DNA from: Takakia lepidozioides
Lineage: Eukaryota; Plantae; Bryophyta
NCBI GenBank assembly: GCA_030704615.1
Contig: CM060733.1
Coordinates: forward strand, 61,504,001 to 61,568,000
DNA: 64,000 nt
Direction: 5' to 3'
Below are positions 12,553 through 25,111 of the stretch, piece by piece. The translations under genes were made by a program, and so were the position numbers. The notes below the pieces were generated by a model. The model was given only the letters and a program-made list of their open reading frames with translations, searched no databases and was not told the origin of the DNA. How positions within the stretch are numbered: the stretch's first letter is position 1; the number at the start of each line of letters is the position of its first letter.

Positions 12553-14104
12553 GGGCCGGTTTATACCACTGTTGGCCGGGTATGGCATCTTGACATGCAT
12601 ATCCGGCGGTTATTTGCCGGTTATGCACATGTGTATAACCGGAAAATGCAGGCCCCGCAGGAACCGGCTATGGAAGGGAACCAGAAAAAAAATCGAGCTT
12701 CCTAACCGGCTAGAGAACCGGCATGGTGATTATAAGGGTGTTATACCCGGAGCAAGATCCGGAGCAAATGTGGATGGCGTAGAGGCGGTTCTAGATAATA
12801 CAAGTGTAAGGGTTAGTGATGGTAGTTATGAAATTACAATGTTGGGGAGATTAGGTGCACAACATTAATGAGAATGTCCAAGTAGGAAATTAATTAGTTG
12901 GGCATTTGGCATTTGGCTAAGACAATAGTTGTAAGCTTAGTGTATTAGAGGGGCAAAGAGATAGATGACGGGGTTGAACGTTTGAACTTTGAAACCCGAG
13001 ACCCACAACTAATACTCTAGTGGCTTATCACCAGGCCATGCCACGGCCCTTTTGTGTATAGTTTTACACACATACACAAAAATGCTAGAAAAAGTAAAAA
13101 GTAAATAAAAGTGGATGAATCCCCTAACCGGTACCATGGAACCGGCATTTTTTAAGATGGCATAACCGGTAGATTGAGAACCGGACCAAAAAAAATCCAT
13201 GTGTTTATTGAAAACTTGTAACCGAGATGTTTTTCAAACCTATTGGTATACCCTGCCCCGGCCATCCATTTTTTTCAAAGAGTAACCGGGGGCTCAAAAC
13301 ATGGTACCCGGCCAACACTGGTTTATACGAGGGCCCGGACCCAAGACCAAGCTAGAAACAAGAAAGCCTATGGGTCAAGAGCCTCAAATCGGCCCAAGCG
13401 GTTTACACGAGGGTCTGGGCCCAAGACCAAGAAAATGACATGGCTACCTACATGGCATGATTTATGGCGCCAAACTCTTGGCCCCAGCCCAACAAAAGGA
13501 ATGCTCCTCGGATGGAGACCCAACTCTTTTGATTGGGCCCAAGACACCTACCATTAAGATGTATTTTTTTAAGCCTATCACAACCGGATTGAAACAGATC
13601 ATAGATGGGGTTGTACGCATGTTGAGACTAGAGACTGTTGAGAGCCACCTTGCGGCAAGCACTCGACACAGGTTCTACGCGTACAATCATCAGCCTTCTC
13701 TATCTCTCCTCTTTCCATGATGAACACAAACATCATCAACAATCCAGCAAATCATTGCTCGTTTATAAGTTGTTGCAATGCCAAAATGGTTGCTTGAAGG
13801 CCATGAAGAGGATCAAGGCCACAAGAATATTATGCCTTCTTGCAATATTATGCCTTCTTGCTTCCATAGTTAAGGTATACACGATTTGATGGGAAACAAC
13901 GTGAAGCGCAGAAGACAGAGAATGGAAGAAGGGGGAGAGTGGCTGATATTGGTGTAGCTTGGGCCTTAGGCTTGGGCCCTAGGCTTGGGCCCAATAGGTT
14001 TACACAAAGAGGGCCCAATTCCTTGAAAATTATATTTTAATCAGTTCATTCAGCCCAATTGTGGGCCCAAATTCTTGGGCCCGGGCCCTCGTGTAAACCG
14101 GCCC
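12553..14104. mobile_element. PIF/Harbinger (Tourist-like) non-autonomous element
   Basis: About 32-bp TIR GGGCCGGTTTATACGAGGGCCCGGACCCAAGA (reconstructed across the nested insert) / TCTTGGGCCCGGGCCCTCGTGTAAACCGGCCC; TAA TSD at 12550-12552 and 14105-14107. Confidence 0.85.
12567..13320. mobile_element. hAT-type MITE (family 2) nested in the left TIR of the PIF element
   Basis: TIR CACTGTTGGCCGGGTA / TACCCGGCCAACACTG; 8-bp TSD GTTTATAC at 12559-12566 and 13321-13328; subterminal AACCGG repeats. Confidence 0.9.
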
Positions 14105-15954
14105 TAAGAAAGCCTATTCGCGTGTAGGAACCTTATGGAGACCTTATGTTATGTCCTTCATACTCTACTTCCATGGAAACATGGATATCATATTGCCGTT
14201 TTTTGTGCTAACGCCTCCATTTTTCTGCACTCACGTGAGGTGTGCTCACTTTTACCAACCCCCATAGCATATCAGAGACATCTGTAAATTCCATAACCTC
14301 AAGGCGACTTGCCCCACTTCAAGGCCAACCTCATGTCCAACTAGGACGCGTGTTTTTAGGCATTTTTGTCCTGTTCAACTCGGGTTTAAACTCAAAACAC
14401 ATGCCCAAATGTACATCCAGGGAGTTTCGTTGTGAGTTCAGGGATTTGGGAGGGCTCGCAAGAGCAAAGGGCTCGAGTGAGAGCACTCGGTGAAACTCAC
14501 GTTCAGACTCCCTGGGAGTCAATTAACATTAGAGTTATCTGTAAATTCAGACCTGGACTTCATCTTGAGTTGTTTAAAAATGTCATTTTGACCTGAGTTT
14601 GTTTTCCCTTTGTAAATTTCCTAGGAAGTACTTTCGTGTGGGAAGAATATTTGGTGGCTACAAAATTAATGGTAGCATGAATCTAGCAGAACATGCGACG
14701 AAATCCCTTCTTCTCAAAGTGTGATCCACTCTACTTGGACAGAGGTATCAAATAAGAGCAAGGGCGAGGTTCATATATTTGTTGTAGAAGACAGTCTGAA
14801 AAATTTAGGACGTGTATGCTTCGTTAGGGGGATACTGTTGTAGTGTTTCTGCCACCCGGATAGAACGATCAGGTCAGATGGGGTAAGCGTCAGCCAGCTT
14901 GGCACATTGCAAAGCATAATTTTGATATCCTACATGTCTTGTATGCCAAAAGGTGTCAGCATTACAATCGATGGGTTTGTCCTCGTGGGATTGTTGGTGA
15001 AACAACGGAAAGTCCTCGAGGAAGAACTTTCCACTATATATTAAAAACCGCCTAGAAATTTCTTTTGTTAAAATCGTTACCTTCTCATACTGGACATTTT
15101 CATCCTGACAGGAGGAGTACCTTATGTCATGCATAAGACACCTAGGGCCTTACGTTTAAGATGACGATTTTGGGCTGTCTTTCCCCTATATGCAAGGGAC
15201 CAGTAGTTCCTTAATCACGGGGAGCGACCTTATAATAATACAAAACTAAAAATCTTTGGTTAAGTTATGTTCGGTACATTTGGTAGACCAAGATTGGGGG
15301 CTGATGAATCAGCAAGATTATGTTTGGGATAGTATGAGGGCAGGAGCCAGCAGGAAGTCCGAGGGCAGGAACTTCCTTCTACGTAAAAATCTACTCACGT
15401 GGTTCTACCGTCGGACTAGCTGGCTCCACATCAACCCTAGATGGTGTCTCATCCAAGGGATGAGATTGTGTTCCACAAATCTCCCTATGGCAACATGGTT
15501 CCACATTTGGAACCACTTGTCCCATGCTCCCTGACCCCATTGGGACCACCGGTTCATGCCACTGGTGCTCCCACCAACTTGTGGGGAAGTTCTCCTTCAA
15601 AATGCTCTAAAAAATGCAAAGGAAAATCTAGAGTAAGTTTTTACGACCATATGATCCCCACCAGCATGGCACATGACCTTACGAGTATGTAAGATTACTC
15701 TTCTGTAAAAGAACCTTCTTTACACCAAAGAAGGGTCTCTCTTGAAACCCTTCTGGGATTCTCGGTACCCAGTACAAAACAGTCAATATTTACTTCAAAA
15801 TAGCTGGAAGGGGCACTTTCACTCTTTCTCAGTAAGAAACAAAACAATAAGAAAATGGTTGTTGGCATATTGTAATGCAATCTTGCAAATTTGATTTTTT
15901 GAGGCGCAAAGACTTATTAGAGCCATTTTCGACAAATCAATATTAAGATCAACA

Positions 15955-16098
15955 TTTCTAAGGAGCAGAGAATGGACCCCATAATCGCTAAGCTCAAAAA
16001 ACAGCTGGCCTATTGGGGCTCTCGCTTTCTTTCTATCACCTGAAGAGCTCTGGCTGCAAACCAAATCCTGATGGCGAGGATTTAGTACTTTGCCTCCA
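15955..16098 (+). mobile_element. Short L1 LINE ORF2 fragment
   Basis: Reads LKKQLAYWGS...ALAANQILM, clearly homologous to 36526-36628. Confidence 0.65.
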
Positions 16099-16786
16099 CA
16101 GACTCCTACCACATCGGGTGACACCGGGGGCGAGTCGGACAAGCTTGCAAAGGTACAATTGTTGCACCTTGTTCCATGTTTTATCCTTTCCTTTGCATGC
16201 ATGATTTTATTTGTTGTTTGTTTCTTTTTTTAAATTTGGAGGGGTTATTTGTCTTCAGGAGGCAGCAACATGGCTGGCCTCATTGGTGCAGTCCAGTGGG
16301 GTTGCCAATGAGGGAGAGCACGTGGTGTTCATGAAGGACTCGAATACCAAAGGTAAGAAGAAGAGGCCTCGACCTCCCGAGATCCCTTTTACCATCAATG
16401 AAAGGGCTGCCGAGGAGAGAGAGAGAATGGAGAGGGAGAAGGAGAGAGAGCAAGTAGCGGGGAAGGGGAAGGAGATGGTCGTGGAGAAGGGGAAGGAAAA
16501 GAAGAAGAAGTGTGCGTTTGAGAGGAAGCCATCTCCGGTAGAGTACAACTACACCAAGGAGCATGGTTGGCAATCCCTCATGAAGAACATGGCCAACACG
16601 GAGGGGATGAGTGCACTACAGGGCACTAGTATGGATGAGGTCGGGGATCATGGCCAGGGATTGGATGAGAGCTCTGTGGGACTTAGGGGAACGCCACCTC
16701 ATTTAGGTGCTTTGGCAAAGGGCGCGGAGATCAGGCTCATCGGATAGCTCTGAGTCCTCCACCGAGGATGAGGATGAGGATGACTA
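16099..16786 (+). pseudogene. 3' exons of a charged low-complexity ORF next to a CACTA end (possible TE accessory gene)
   Basis: GT..AG intron at about 16152-16258; K/E-rich ORF 16211-16747; acidic EDEDED-stop tail; product unknown. Confidence 0.4.
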
Positions 16787-17049
16787 GTCCTAGTCCATGT
16801 AGGTCCCAGGGTCAACCTACTGAACCCTTGTGAGCTTTTCAGCTCATTTCCTGTAAATATATTTCCATCTTTCCATCTTCCATCTTATTCATGTGTCGCA
16901 CCGTCCTCACCCTCGATTCATGCTTGCTCAATTGTGTACCTGCTAAATCAGAGAAATGGAACTGTAAGGTCTCCCATCCCCAAACTCAAAACCAGGCAAA
17001 AAACAAAAAACCACTCCCAATTCACCCCCAAAATCAACCCCCAACCCTC

Positions 17050-17801
17050 CCCCCCACCAGGTTGCCCTCGCGACTGCAGGATGTCGCCAATGGCGACGTG
17101 TTTTTTGAGCGGGGGTCGCAAACCACGACGGTCGGGCATCGCCAATCCCATTTGCGGACGGCAACGTCCGACACCCCCTGCGACGTGTGTTTTTGGTCCA
17201 GGGGTCGCAAGCCGCGACGCCCTGACGTCGTGTAGCACGCCACCCTGCCTGCGCCACGTCTTTTTTTTTTAATTAAATATTTTAAAAAAAACGACGCCAG
17301 AACGTCGCCAAAACCCACGCCCGGGCATGGCGGAGCCCGACTCCTGCTCCTGCTGTTTTTTTTTGCCACGCCCAATAGTCACTTGCAGCGACGCACTAGC
17401 GTCGCTTGGCGTACCACCTGGCTTACGCCACGTGTTTTTGGGTTTTAGGATGGGACTCCCGGGCAGGTTAGAAGAAAAAAAAAAAGGATGCGACGCCGCG
17501 CCGGCGCCCCCACCAACGCCGTCGGCTAGAGGGCCGCGACGGCGAGACGTCGCTCGAAGGAGGCCCCTGCCATCGGCGCGGACGGCCTGAAAAGCGACGT
17601 CCGGCAGTCGCGGGAGTTGGGGCAGGGGCTCGCGACCCCCGTACGTCGCATTTTTGCGACGTCATTTTAGCGACGCCCATGCGACTGTCGGGCAACGGCC
17701 AGGCGTCACAAATTCTGCGCCTGCCCCTTGCCCGAAATCGGCATTTTCCCGACGCTGCGGCGTGGCTCGGGCGTCGCAAAGACCCCCCTTTTCCTGTAGT
17801 G
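17050..17801. mobile_element. CACTA/EnSpm right terminus with GC-rich subterminal repeats
   Basis: Ends TTTTCCTGTAGTG (reverse complement CACTACAGGAAAA), preceded by dense GCGACG/CGTCGC motifs; partner end not found. Confidence 0.8.
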
Positions 17802-18318
17802 GCAACTCACTTTTGAAGCTGGCCATTCCTCCCATTGCCCGTAGTTTTGGAATGACACTACAAATCTTTTCTACATCCGCTTCCACAACTAGCGGAGTAT
17901 GCACCGGAGATGGGATTTCAGTGATATCTTCATCGGACGAATCCGAAAGCTCAACGATTGGAGCGGAAGATGTTTGCTCTTTTTTCACTACCACGTCCCT
18001 TTTACAGAAACAGCCGTCCCCGGCGTCACATATGATCCAAGGGACTTTCGCCGGGGCTCTCCAATGACCCTGTAACTCCCAGGGGGGCACTCTCCACTGG
18101 CTGACATGAGCCGTCTCATCACGGTTTTGGAACGAGTATTTCAACAACTTCCCATCCAAATCGTACACCTCTTTCTCCAAGAAGATGGAGCCATTCTAGA
18201 GCTCAAACCAGGTAGCCAAGACATGTTCTAGAACAATTGCGAATCCATTGTCAAGGGCTTCTTTGGAGAAAGACACTGGTTTTTCGTCAGAAAAGAACTC
18301 TGCTTCGGAGAAAGCCAT
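17802..18318 (-). pseudogene. 5' part of an unknown ORF truncated by the CACTA end
   Basis: ATG at 18318 (MAFSEAEFFSDEKP...), one in-frame TAG, then continues in the 17662-18180 ORF frame up to the TIR; divergent from the ParB-MTase gene. Confidence 0.45.
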
Positions 18319-19136
18319 GTTACCTCTTCTCGAGGGGTGTTCTCTTTCCTGAGCGGCTCCTTTGCGAAGTCAGCTGACTCGGGTCTGCACCACACTGGGC
18401 AAGCATGCGCACAGGAAATGCGGCGGAAGTACCCGTTCCATGAAGATTGTGCATACTCTGTTATTCCATAAAGTTACCTGTGAAGTTACGCTGGTACGTT
18501 TTTCCTGTCAATCCGTCGTCAAATTAACGTGTCAGAGCTGCAGTCTGCATTGTCTTCTGAGCAAATTTGACAGATGATCCACCCAATTTTAGAGGGTCCC
18601 CCCAAAACAATAAAAACCCGCCGACTTCCCAGAAGCGTGCCACAGGATCTGATGCAGGGATGATGGCAAGATAACTGAAATAAATACATCGTTTATCCAC
18701 CCATGACTAGATACACTATGCCGGATCATCTTCACGCTTTTACGATTATGCATCACATGGCTCAGAACTCTCCACGCACGCATATTCCCTGAAATCCTAG
18801 GTAGGCCTCTCCCTAACTACTTTTTTAATCCTCATCTATGACGATGTACGATGAAATTAACGAAGCCCTCCCAAAAAAAGACACATGACGCGCCAAACAA
18901 CCCGAAACAGCCGCGTAGAGGAACAGCTGTCCCAATTAGGTTACGGTTGGTGCACTTAAGACGTACATTTACGTAACGGACACGCGAGAGGGAATCCGAT
19001 GGTTCCAGAGCACTCCACAAACGAGGGAACCGCGCAAGACACCGAGTCGGTTCTTCTTTCTTGTTTCTGCCCGAAGAGGAAGAGAGGTAGTCAAGCTAGA
19101 GAGGGTTTTTGCTTGAGGGTGCAGGTCTTTGTCAGC

Positions 19137-22100
19137 ATGTGAACATGGAGACAGGTCCAACAGAAGAGCATTTGGGGAGTGAGAGTGAGGTTGCAGCTGT
19201 CATAGCAACAGAGGGAGCAGTGAGCGTAGGTAACCAGATAGTGCCAGCCGAGCTGATGCCTGAAGAAAAGAGAACACGGGGAGGAGCAGAGGACGTCATA
19301 CAGGGAGGAGGTCTGCGAACCCTACATCAGACATAAATGGTGAGGACTCCATATCCTTATTCTTCCGTTTTCCTTAGTCGTGGATGCTTTCCTTTCCTGG
19401 TGCAACTCAAGAACATGCCTTATCTTGTTTTCAGACCGATGGAAAAGGGAAGAGGAAAGCAGATGAGGGCGATCCGAACGATGCTGCCTCAAAGCCGAAG
19501 AAGGCGAAGGGATCCGTATGTTTTCTCCCCCCCTCTTCTTCCTCTTTACAGATGTTCGTAGAGGTGGGAAAAGCGATGATCGGTGGTGATCATCGATTTC
19601 AAGAGTAATCTCCTTGGTACTATAGTCCAGTAGATTGAGGAAGACAACGATTAAAGAGTTTAGGAGGTCAGGCAGGCAAGGATGCATGTGTCAGCCAGGG
19701 AATTGAATTCGAAGAATTGCAATGACAGAAAAGCGATGATCAGTGGCGATCATCGCTTGCAGGTCCATTCATTTGGTATAAAGCTCAGACAGGCAATGGC
19801 GGGGTTCTGCAGGAAAGCGATGATCGGTGCCGACCATCACATTCAAAACTCATGGGTGTGTGCATCCCAGGGCCGTCTGATTGTGATGATCGGTGCTGAT
19901 CATCACTTTCTGAACTGCTTGGGCATAACGCCAGAAAAGAGGAAACCAACCCTTTCTAAACTTCAAAGTTTTAGGATGGAAGAGGGTCAGGGAACTGAAT
20001 TGGAAGAATTGCAATGAGAGAAAAGCGATCATCGCTTTCAGGTCCATTCCCTTGCTCTAAATCTCAGACAGGCAAAGGCGGGGTGTTGTAGGAAAGTGAT
20101 AATCGGTGTCGACCATCACAATTAGACCTCATGGGTGTGTGCATACGAGGGCAGTCTGATTGTGATGATTGGTACCGATCATCACTTTCTGAACAGCTCA
20201 GGCATCTCGCTACCATGCAAGTGAAGAACAAATTTTGATAACAACTGAAATGTCATAGGAACGAACAGAGTCAGGAAACCTTGCATCCTTGCATATTCCT
20301 TGTCATTCCGAATCAATTTAGGAGCTCTTGGGTGAGTCGTTTTCAAGGGCAGATAGTGATGATCGGCACCGATCATCATGATCAGTTCAATTTTTGAAAG
20401 GAGAATGGCATATCTGAAGTGTTGAAATGAACATGCAGAAAGTGATGATCGGTACCGATCATCACTATTCAGTGACTGTGATTTGCTTTGCATCTGTGAG
20501 TTGGAGTTTGGCAAACTTGTTTTGTGCATCATTAGCAATGGCTGATTGCGATGGTCGGTACCAATCATCGCAGTCCAGTGAAAATAGAGTCCACCTGCAA
20601 GGGCAAACCAACTGCATTGAAAGGAGAATGACATATCTGAAGTGTTGAAATGAACATGCAGAAAGTGATGATCGGTACCGATCATCACTGTTTCAACATG
20701 CCTGTTTCTTGAACACCAGCTGATTGTTGCTCTTGTGGGTCGGGTCCTGCAGAAAAATGAAGACAGCTAAGGCGTGAACAGAACCCGTGAGCAGATTCCC
20801 TGATGCGTGAGCAGATTGAAAGCGTGAGCAGATTACTGATGCGGACCCCAAAACCGAGGGAACAAGTGGGCCTATAGCCGTGGACACGAACTCCACTGCA
20901 AGGATGTAATGTCCGTTCGATCAGATCGAAGACAGACATACTCCATGACGAGTCACAACAATGTGGCACGAAAATGCGATGAGAAAGGTTTCGGATGAAT
21001 GTATGTGGGATGAACGCAAACGGGAATGGATGAACGCTGGATGATTATCGGATGAAAAATTGCCCAGACGAGTAAACCATGGATGACTGCAACAACATGT
21101 ATCATCAGGGATGAGCATGCGCAGGAAAGAAGACATTAAGCTGTCGTCAACGACAACTAACTCACAGTCCATCTTAGCACATGTGAGCCCACGATAAAAC
21201 CATAGGGGGGGGGGTTCATTTTTGTGTAGGGAAGCAGGCCTAAAGGTGCCCTCAACGGTAGCTCAATTCCGAACAGGGGCACATGACATGTCAACTCAGG
21301 GAGCACATGCATTACCGGTAAGTGAGTGTGTGGAGGGGCTGTAGATTAAGGTGTCGTCAACGACATCTTAATTCCCAGCCCTGTGCCAACCTGAGAATTG
21401 AACCCAACAGGGAAAAAAAAAAACAATCCCCGAAAAGTGACAAATTAGATGTTATTGAAGAGGGAACAGGGAGGACGTCTTGAAATCCCTCTCTGCCGGA
21501 TGATCTCTATGCCTGTTGTGTGTCCTCCACTAGTTTCGCATGACATTACAAAGTTAGAAACAGATTTCGTGCACGGATACAGAATGGGTGCACAAGTTTT
21601 CTACGTGTCACTAAAGGATACAAATAACGACACCAAAGTGAGTCCGGAGATAACAGACAACTAGGATGACTACTAGAAATGATGTCAATAACAAGTTCGA
21701 GGACTCGGCCGTGCTACTGGGAAATAACACCCAACAGTTCTACAACCACATGTTCTATGTCTGGGATGGAAACCATCGCCTACTAGCTTGGATGGGATAC
21801 ATAGACAAACACCATTCAAAAGACAAGGACAAGCATGTTGTTGTGGAGGCAATGGTTCTGGATCCTGGAAACGACATCGCGAGACTTCTGACAGCTATGC
21901 ATGACGTGAACAAGTAAGACATCCTAAAAATTGCATTGTCTGTCAAATTATATGTTCAGCGCATTTCAAATCCAAATGAAACAAAGATCTTACCCATGCA
22001 ATGTGTATTCTCCTTTTGCAGATCGACAAAGAAATCGCATGTTACCACGAGCTTGGTTCACACACTTTTCCGTATTCAGAGAATAGGTTTGATGAGTTCC

Positions 22101-25080
22101 GCTCAGTTCTGCATCCTGAGGTAATCAAGAAGTGCGAAACAGGGAGAGCTGCAGGGACCTGGTACTCGTTGACTCGAGATGCATTTTTGGAGTACATGTA
22201 TGCAGTATGGCCCAACCTACATCTTTCTATCTTCTGCAAAACATATATGTAATCTTGTATGTACTAATCTCTTCGTTGTTACATGCAGCAAGAACTAGCA
22301 GAGGCCGCTGAGAGGGGGAAATCTGAGTACTACCGCACTACACCAGAAGAGCTGAGGACGACAAAAGGAGTGGGGGCAGCCATAAAGAAGGAGTATGAAA
22401 TCGGGAGGACGAAGCTGATGTCTGCCTTCATGAAGTAGTTGAGGATAGTGGAGCCTGGCCTTGGGGAGGAGTTCCTTTTCCAAATCAAAGTGCACTATGA
22501 CAAGCATGTTCATCCAGAGATGCAACAGGAGAAATTGCACAGGCTGGCACTCTCCATTGTTGACCCCCAGACGAAAGTTAGATGGCTTGAGATTTGGAAC
22601 TCGGATCAAACAGTGAAGGATTTGAATCAGTTCTCGAAAAGCACAATCCAGCCTAGAACAAAGGTCGAGGGCATCAGTGACACTGTTTTTGAGAACTGGC
22701 TTCACAAGGCTACATTTTGGAGTCAGATATGTGTTGCTTGAAGTGCCTGTTGTATAGCAATTATCCATGACTTCGGGATGTGCAAAACTGATAGATGTTC
22801 CTTTTGCAGCTGGAGAAGCGCGCCATTCTTGTCCTCGAGCAGAATTTGAAGGACTTGAATATTTCGATTGTCTCCCCACCACAGATCATGACCTTGGAGG
22901 CCTACATTAGGAAGTGGAAAGGTCTCACGTGGCGATACTGTTTCTTCTGCGAGTTCTCCAAGGATGGTAACATATTGAGGTCGAACGATTTCGACAGTCA
23001 GGTTGGGGGCGAGTGGGCCATGATGCTGTTGTGTACAGGTGCAGTCTCTAAAGCCAATCCATCACATTCTTTCCAATTATGTGTTGCCTCAGTTGAGAAA
23101 CCCTTGGGCTGTGATTTCTTTGTGCTTGACAGGAATTTGATGATGATCGGTGGCGATCATCACTTCCAGTGCTTTTAGCTGTCATAGATAAACATGTGAA
23201 TACGGCACAACATGTCAATTTCTCGATTCTTAAATGCTACCTCTGTAACACATAGGCAAATGGTTTGTGAACTGTAACCTGATAATCGGTGCCGATCATT
23301 GCATTATGTAGTTCTGCAGTATGGATTATCAGAAGGATTTGCATACCCATCTTAGGTTCTCTCTGATAGGAAAGTGATGATCGCCACCGATCATCACAAT
23401 CCGCTGCTTTTTGAGTTCAGTTTTTGGGGGTTGGGATGTGTTTGAGCGTTCGCAGGTACACAAAATATGTGTTGATGGGTGGAAAACACCTGAGTGGTAT
23501 CCCTGATTACCTGGACATGTGGTCGGACCCTGGCAACAATCCAACCATGTACAAAGCTGGTATCTTGAAGGACTGGAGTCCTGCCCACTTTAGGGACTGT
23601 GGAAGGTACCTTGACTGCCATCCTGAGCACTCGACGTTTCAAGAGCAGCAAATGAAGTATTTGAACAACCATGCGGAGATGCTGGCACCTCTGAACGACG
23701 AAGAGTACCAGAGAAACATAGCTGCATTGGCCGCCAAGGAGCCAGACAAGCAGGGAACCCAGAAGGGCAAGAAGGAGGGGCGCAAGGTGAAAGACAAGGA
23801 TGCAAAGGCTTTGGAGGGAGTAGCCAAGTCACCTACGAAGACAAAAGAGAAGGAGAAGTCGAAGGAGAAGGAGAAGGAAAAGGAAAAGAACAACGACAAC
23901 GACAAAGACTTCACCGCTGGGAGGTATACCCGCACTATTGAATGCATTTTCGATGCCATGCCACACCCTTCCCGTGTGGACTTAGCAAGGGAGATCAAGA
24001 TTGTCAATGAGGGATGGCTGACAATGATGGAGACTAAGAGAAAAGGGTACTCGGGGGTGCCATCACCGACTTGGGATAACATGATCTCTTTCCTAAATAG
24101 ACGCCATCCTGGAACAGATTCGATGAGAACCACTGGAGTTGGGTTTTCGGGTTTTGCAATAATTTCTTTTCAGATGCAGGAACTCTTCTGCTCTTCCAGT
24201 CATGTGACAAGGATAGTCGTTGGGGATTGGCATCATACCTGAAGTCGTCTGGGTTTGAAGTTCTGAGGACATGGAATTGTGTGAACATCCTCTACCTTTT
24301 GAAAGGGGGTTGTCCTGGACAGCTGTTATGGCTCCGCCCTCCTGACTACTGTTTTGTAATGCCTTTCAGTGTTTTCTGCTGCCTTGCTCTACCACAATCT
24401 GTGATGATCGGCACCGATCATCACAAATACATTCCAGTGTGGTTTTCATGTCTTGTCTATGTTTTGTTCTTTCACACACCAGACTTTCTCAAATCTTTTT
24501 ATGTGTCACCCTAACCTTGCATCTTTACCAGACGAGGATGTTGGAGGCGATCTGCCTGAGGAGGATTCGCACCTCAAAGACACCATCCTCTGTCCGCAGC
24601 TTTGAAATTTCTGATCAGGGGTGTTTCATCAACCCCCTTATGAGCCGCATGTCGATGACATGCTCTACAACTTCACGCACTCCAGTCGAGACTCTCAAGA
24701 GACCAGATGGCTCTCCCTGGAGAGGTGCAAGGGAGAGAACCCCAGCGTTCATGCAGACAATTTTGGAGTCATGCAGTCACCAATCGGCACGGGTGGTCGA
24801 CCTCACACTATCCACAGGTTCGTTACTGCAATAGTGTTTCCATTTTTGGTCTTCCAGTTTATATCTGCTTTCGCACCCCCTCCAACCTTCTAAAGGCTTT
24901 TTGTCTTAGGCGGGTGTGACTTATCATGCTTGCAAGGCAGGCGCCTTTTTGGCATGGAGGGCGACACCGAACAGGATGTGGCGACAGCCGTCAAGTTTGC
25001 TAGGATCGGCAGAACTCTGGCCCTGTTATACAGCAAGAGAGAAGGAGCACTATAAAGATTGGAAGAAGGGGATCAATTGA
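19137..25080 (+). pseudogene. Multi-exon gene for a ParB/Srx-like domain plus a beta-class N4C/N6A DNA methyltransferase-like domain (decayed)
   Basis: 21449-21913 IPLCRM...DITKLETDF...FYVWDGNHRLLAW (ParB-like DGxHR); GT-AG introns (e.g. 21914-22021); 24700-24970 PWRGARERTPAFMQTILESCS...VVDLTLSTG followed by AC..G..F.GMEGD, like the C-terminal SAM-binding part of N6_N4_Mtase; several stops and frameshifts. Confidence 0.6.
19573..24424. repeat. Dispersed 24-bp palindrome GTGATGATCGGTACCGATCATCAC (about 14 copies)
   Basis: Copies at about 19573, 19733, 19817, 19883, 20096, 20162, 20356, 20442, 20548, 20665, 23139, 23280, 23374 and 24401; perfect 26-bp versions at 20441-20466 and 20664-20689. 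Confidence 0.9.
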
Positions 25081-25111
25081 CCCTGGCCTCTGCCATGACC
25101 TTGCATAGAGA

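Noticed and set aside
16891-17779. Many overlapping Arg/Pro/Ala-rich ORFs (also 34507-35016 and 45101-45948)
   Set aside because: Stop-poor GC-rich subterminal repeats with no protein signal
19573-20689. CRISPR-like array (palindromic repeats with spacers)
   Set aside because: Spacer lengths vary from about 40 to 200 bp, several spacers are duplicates of each other, there are no cas genes and the context is eukaryotic
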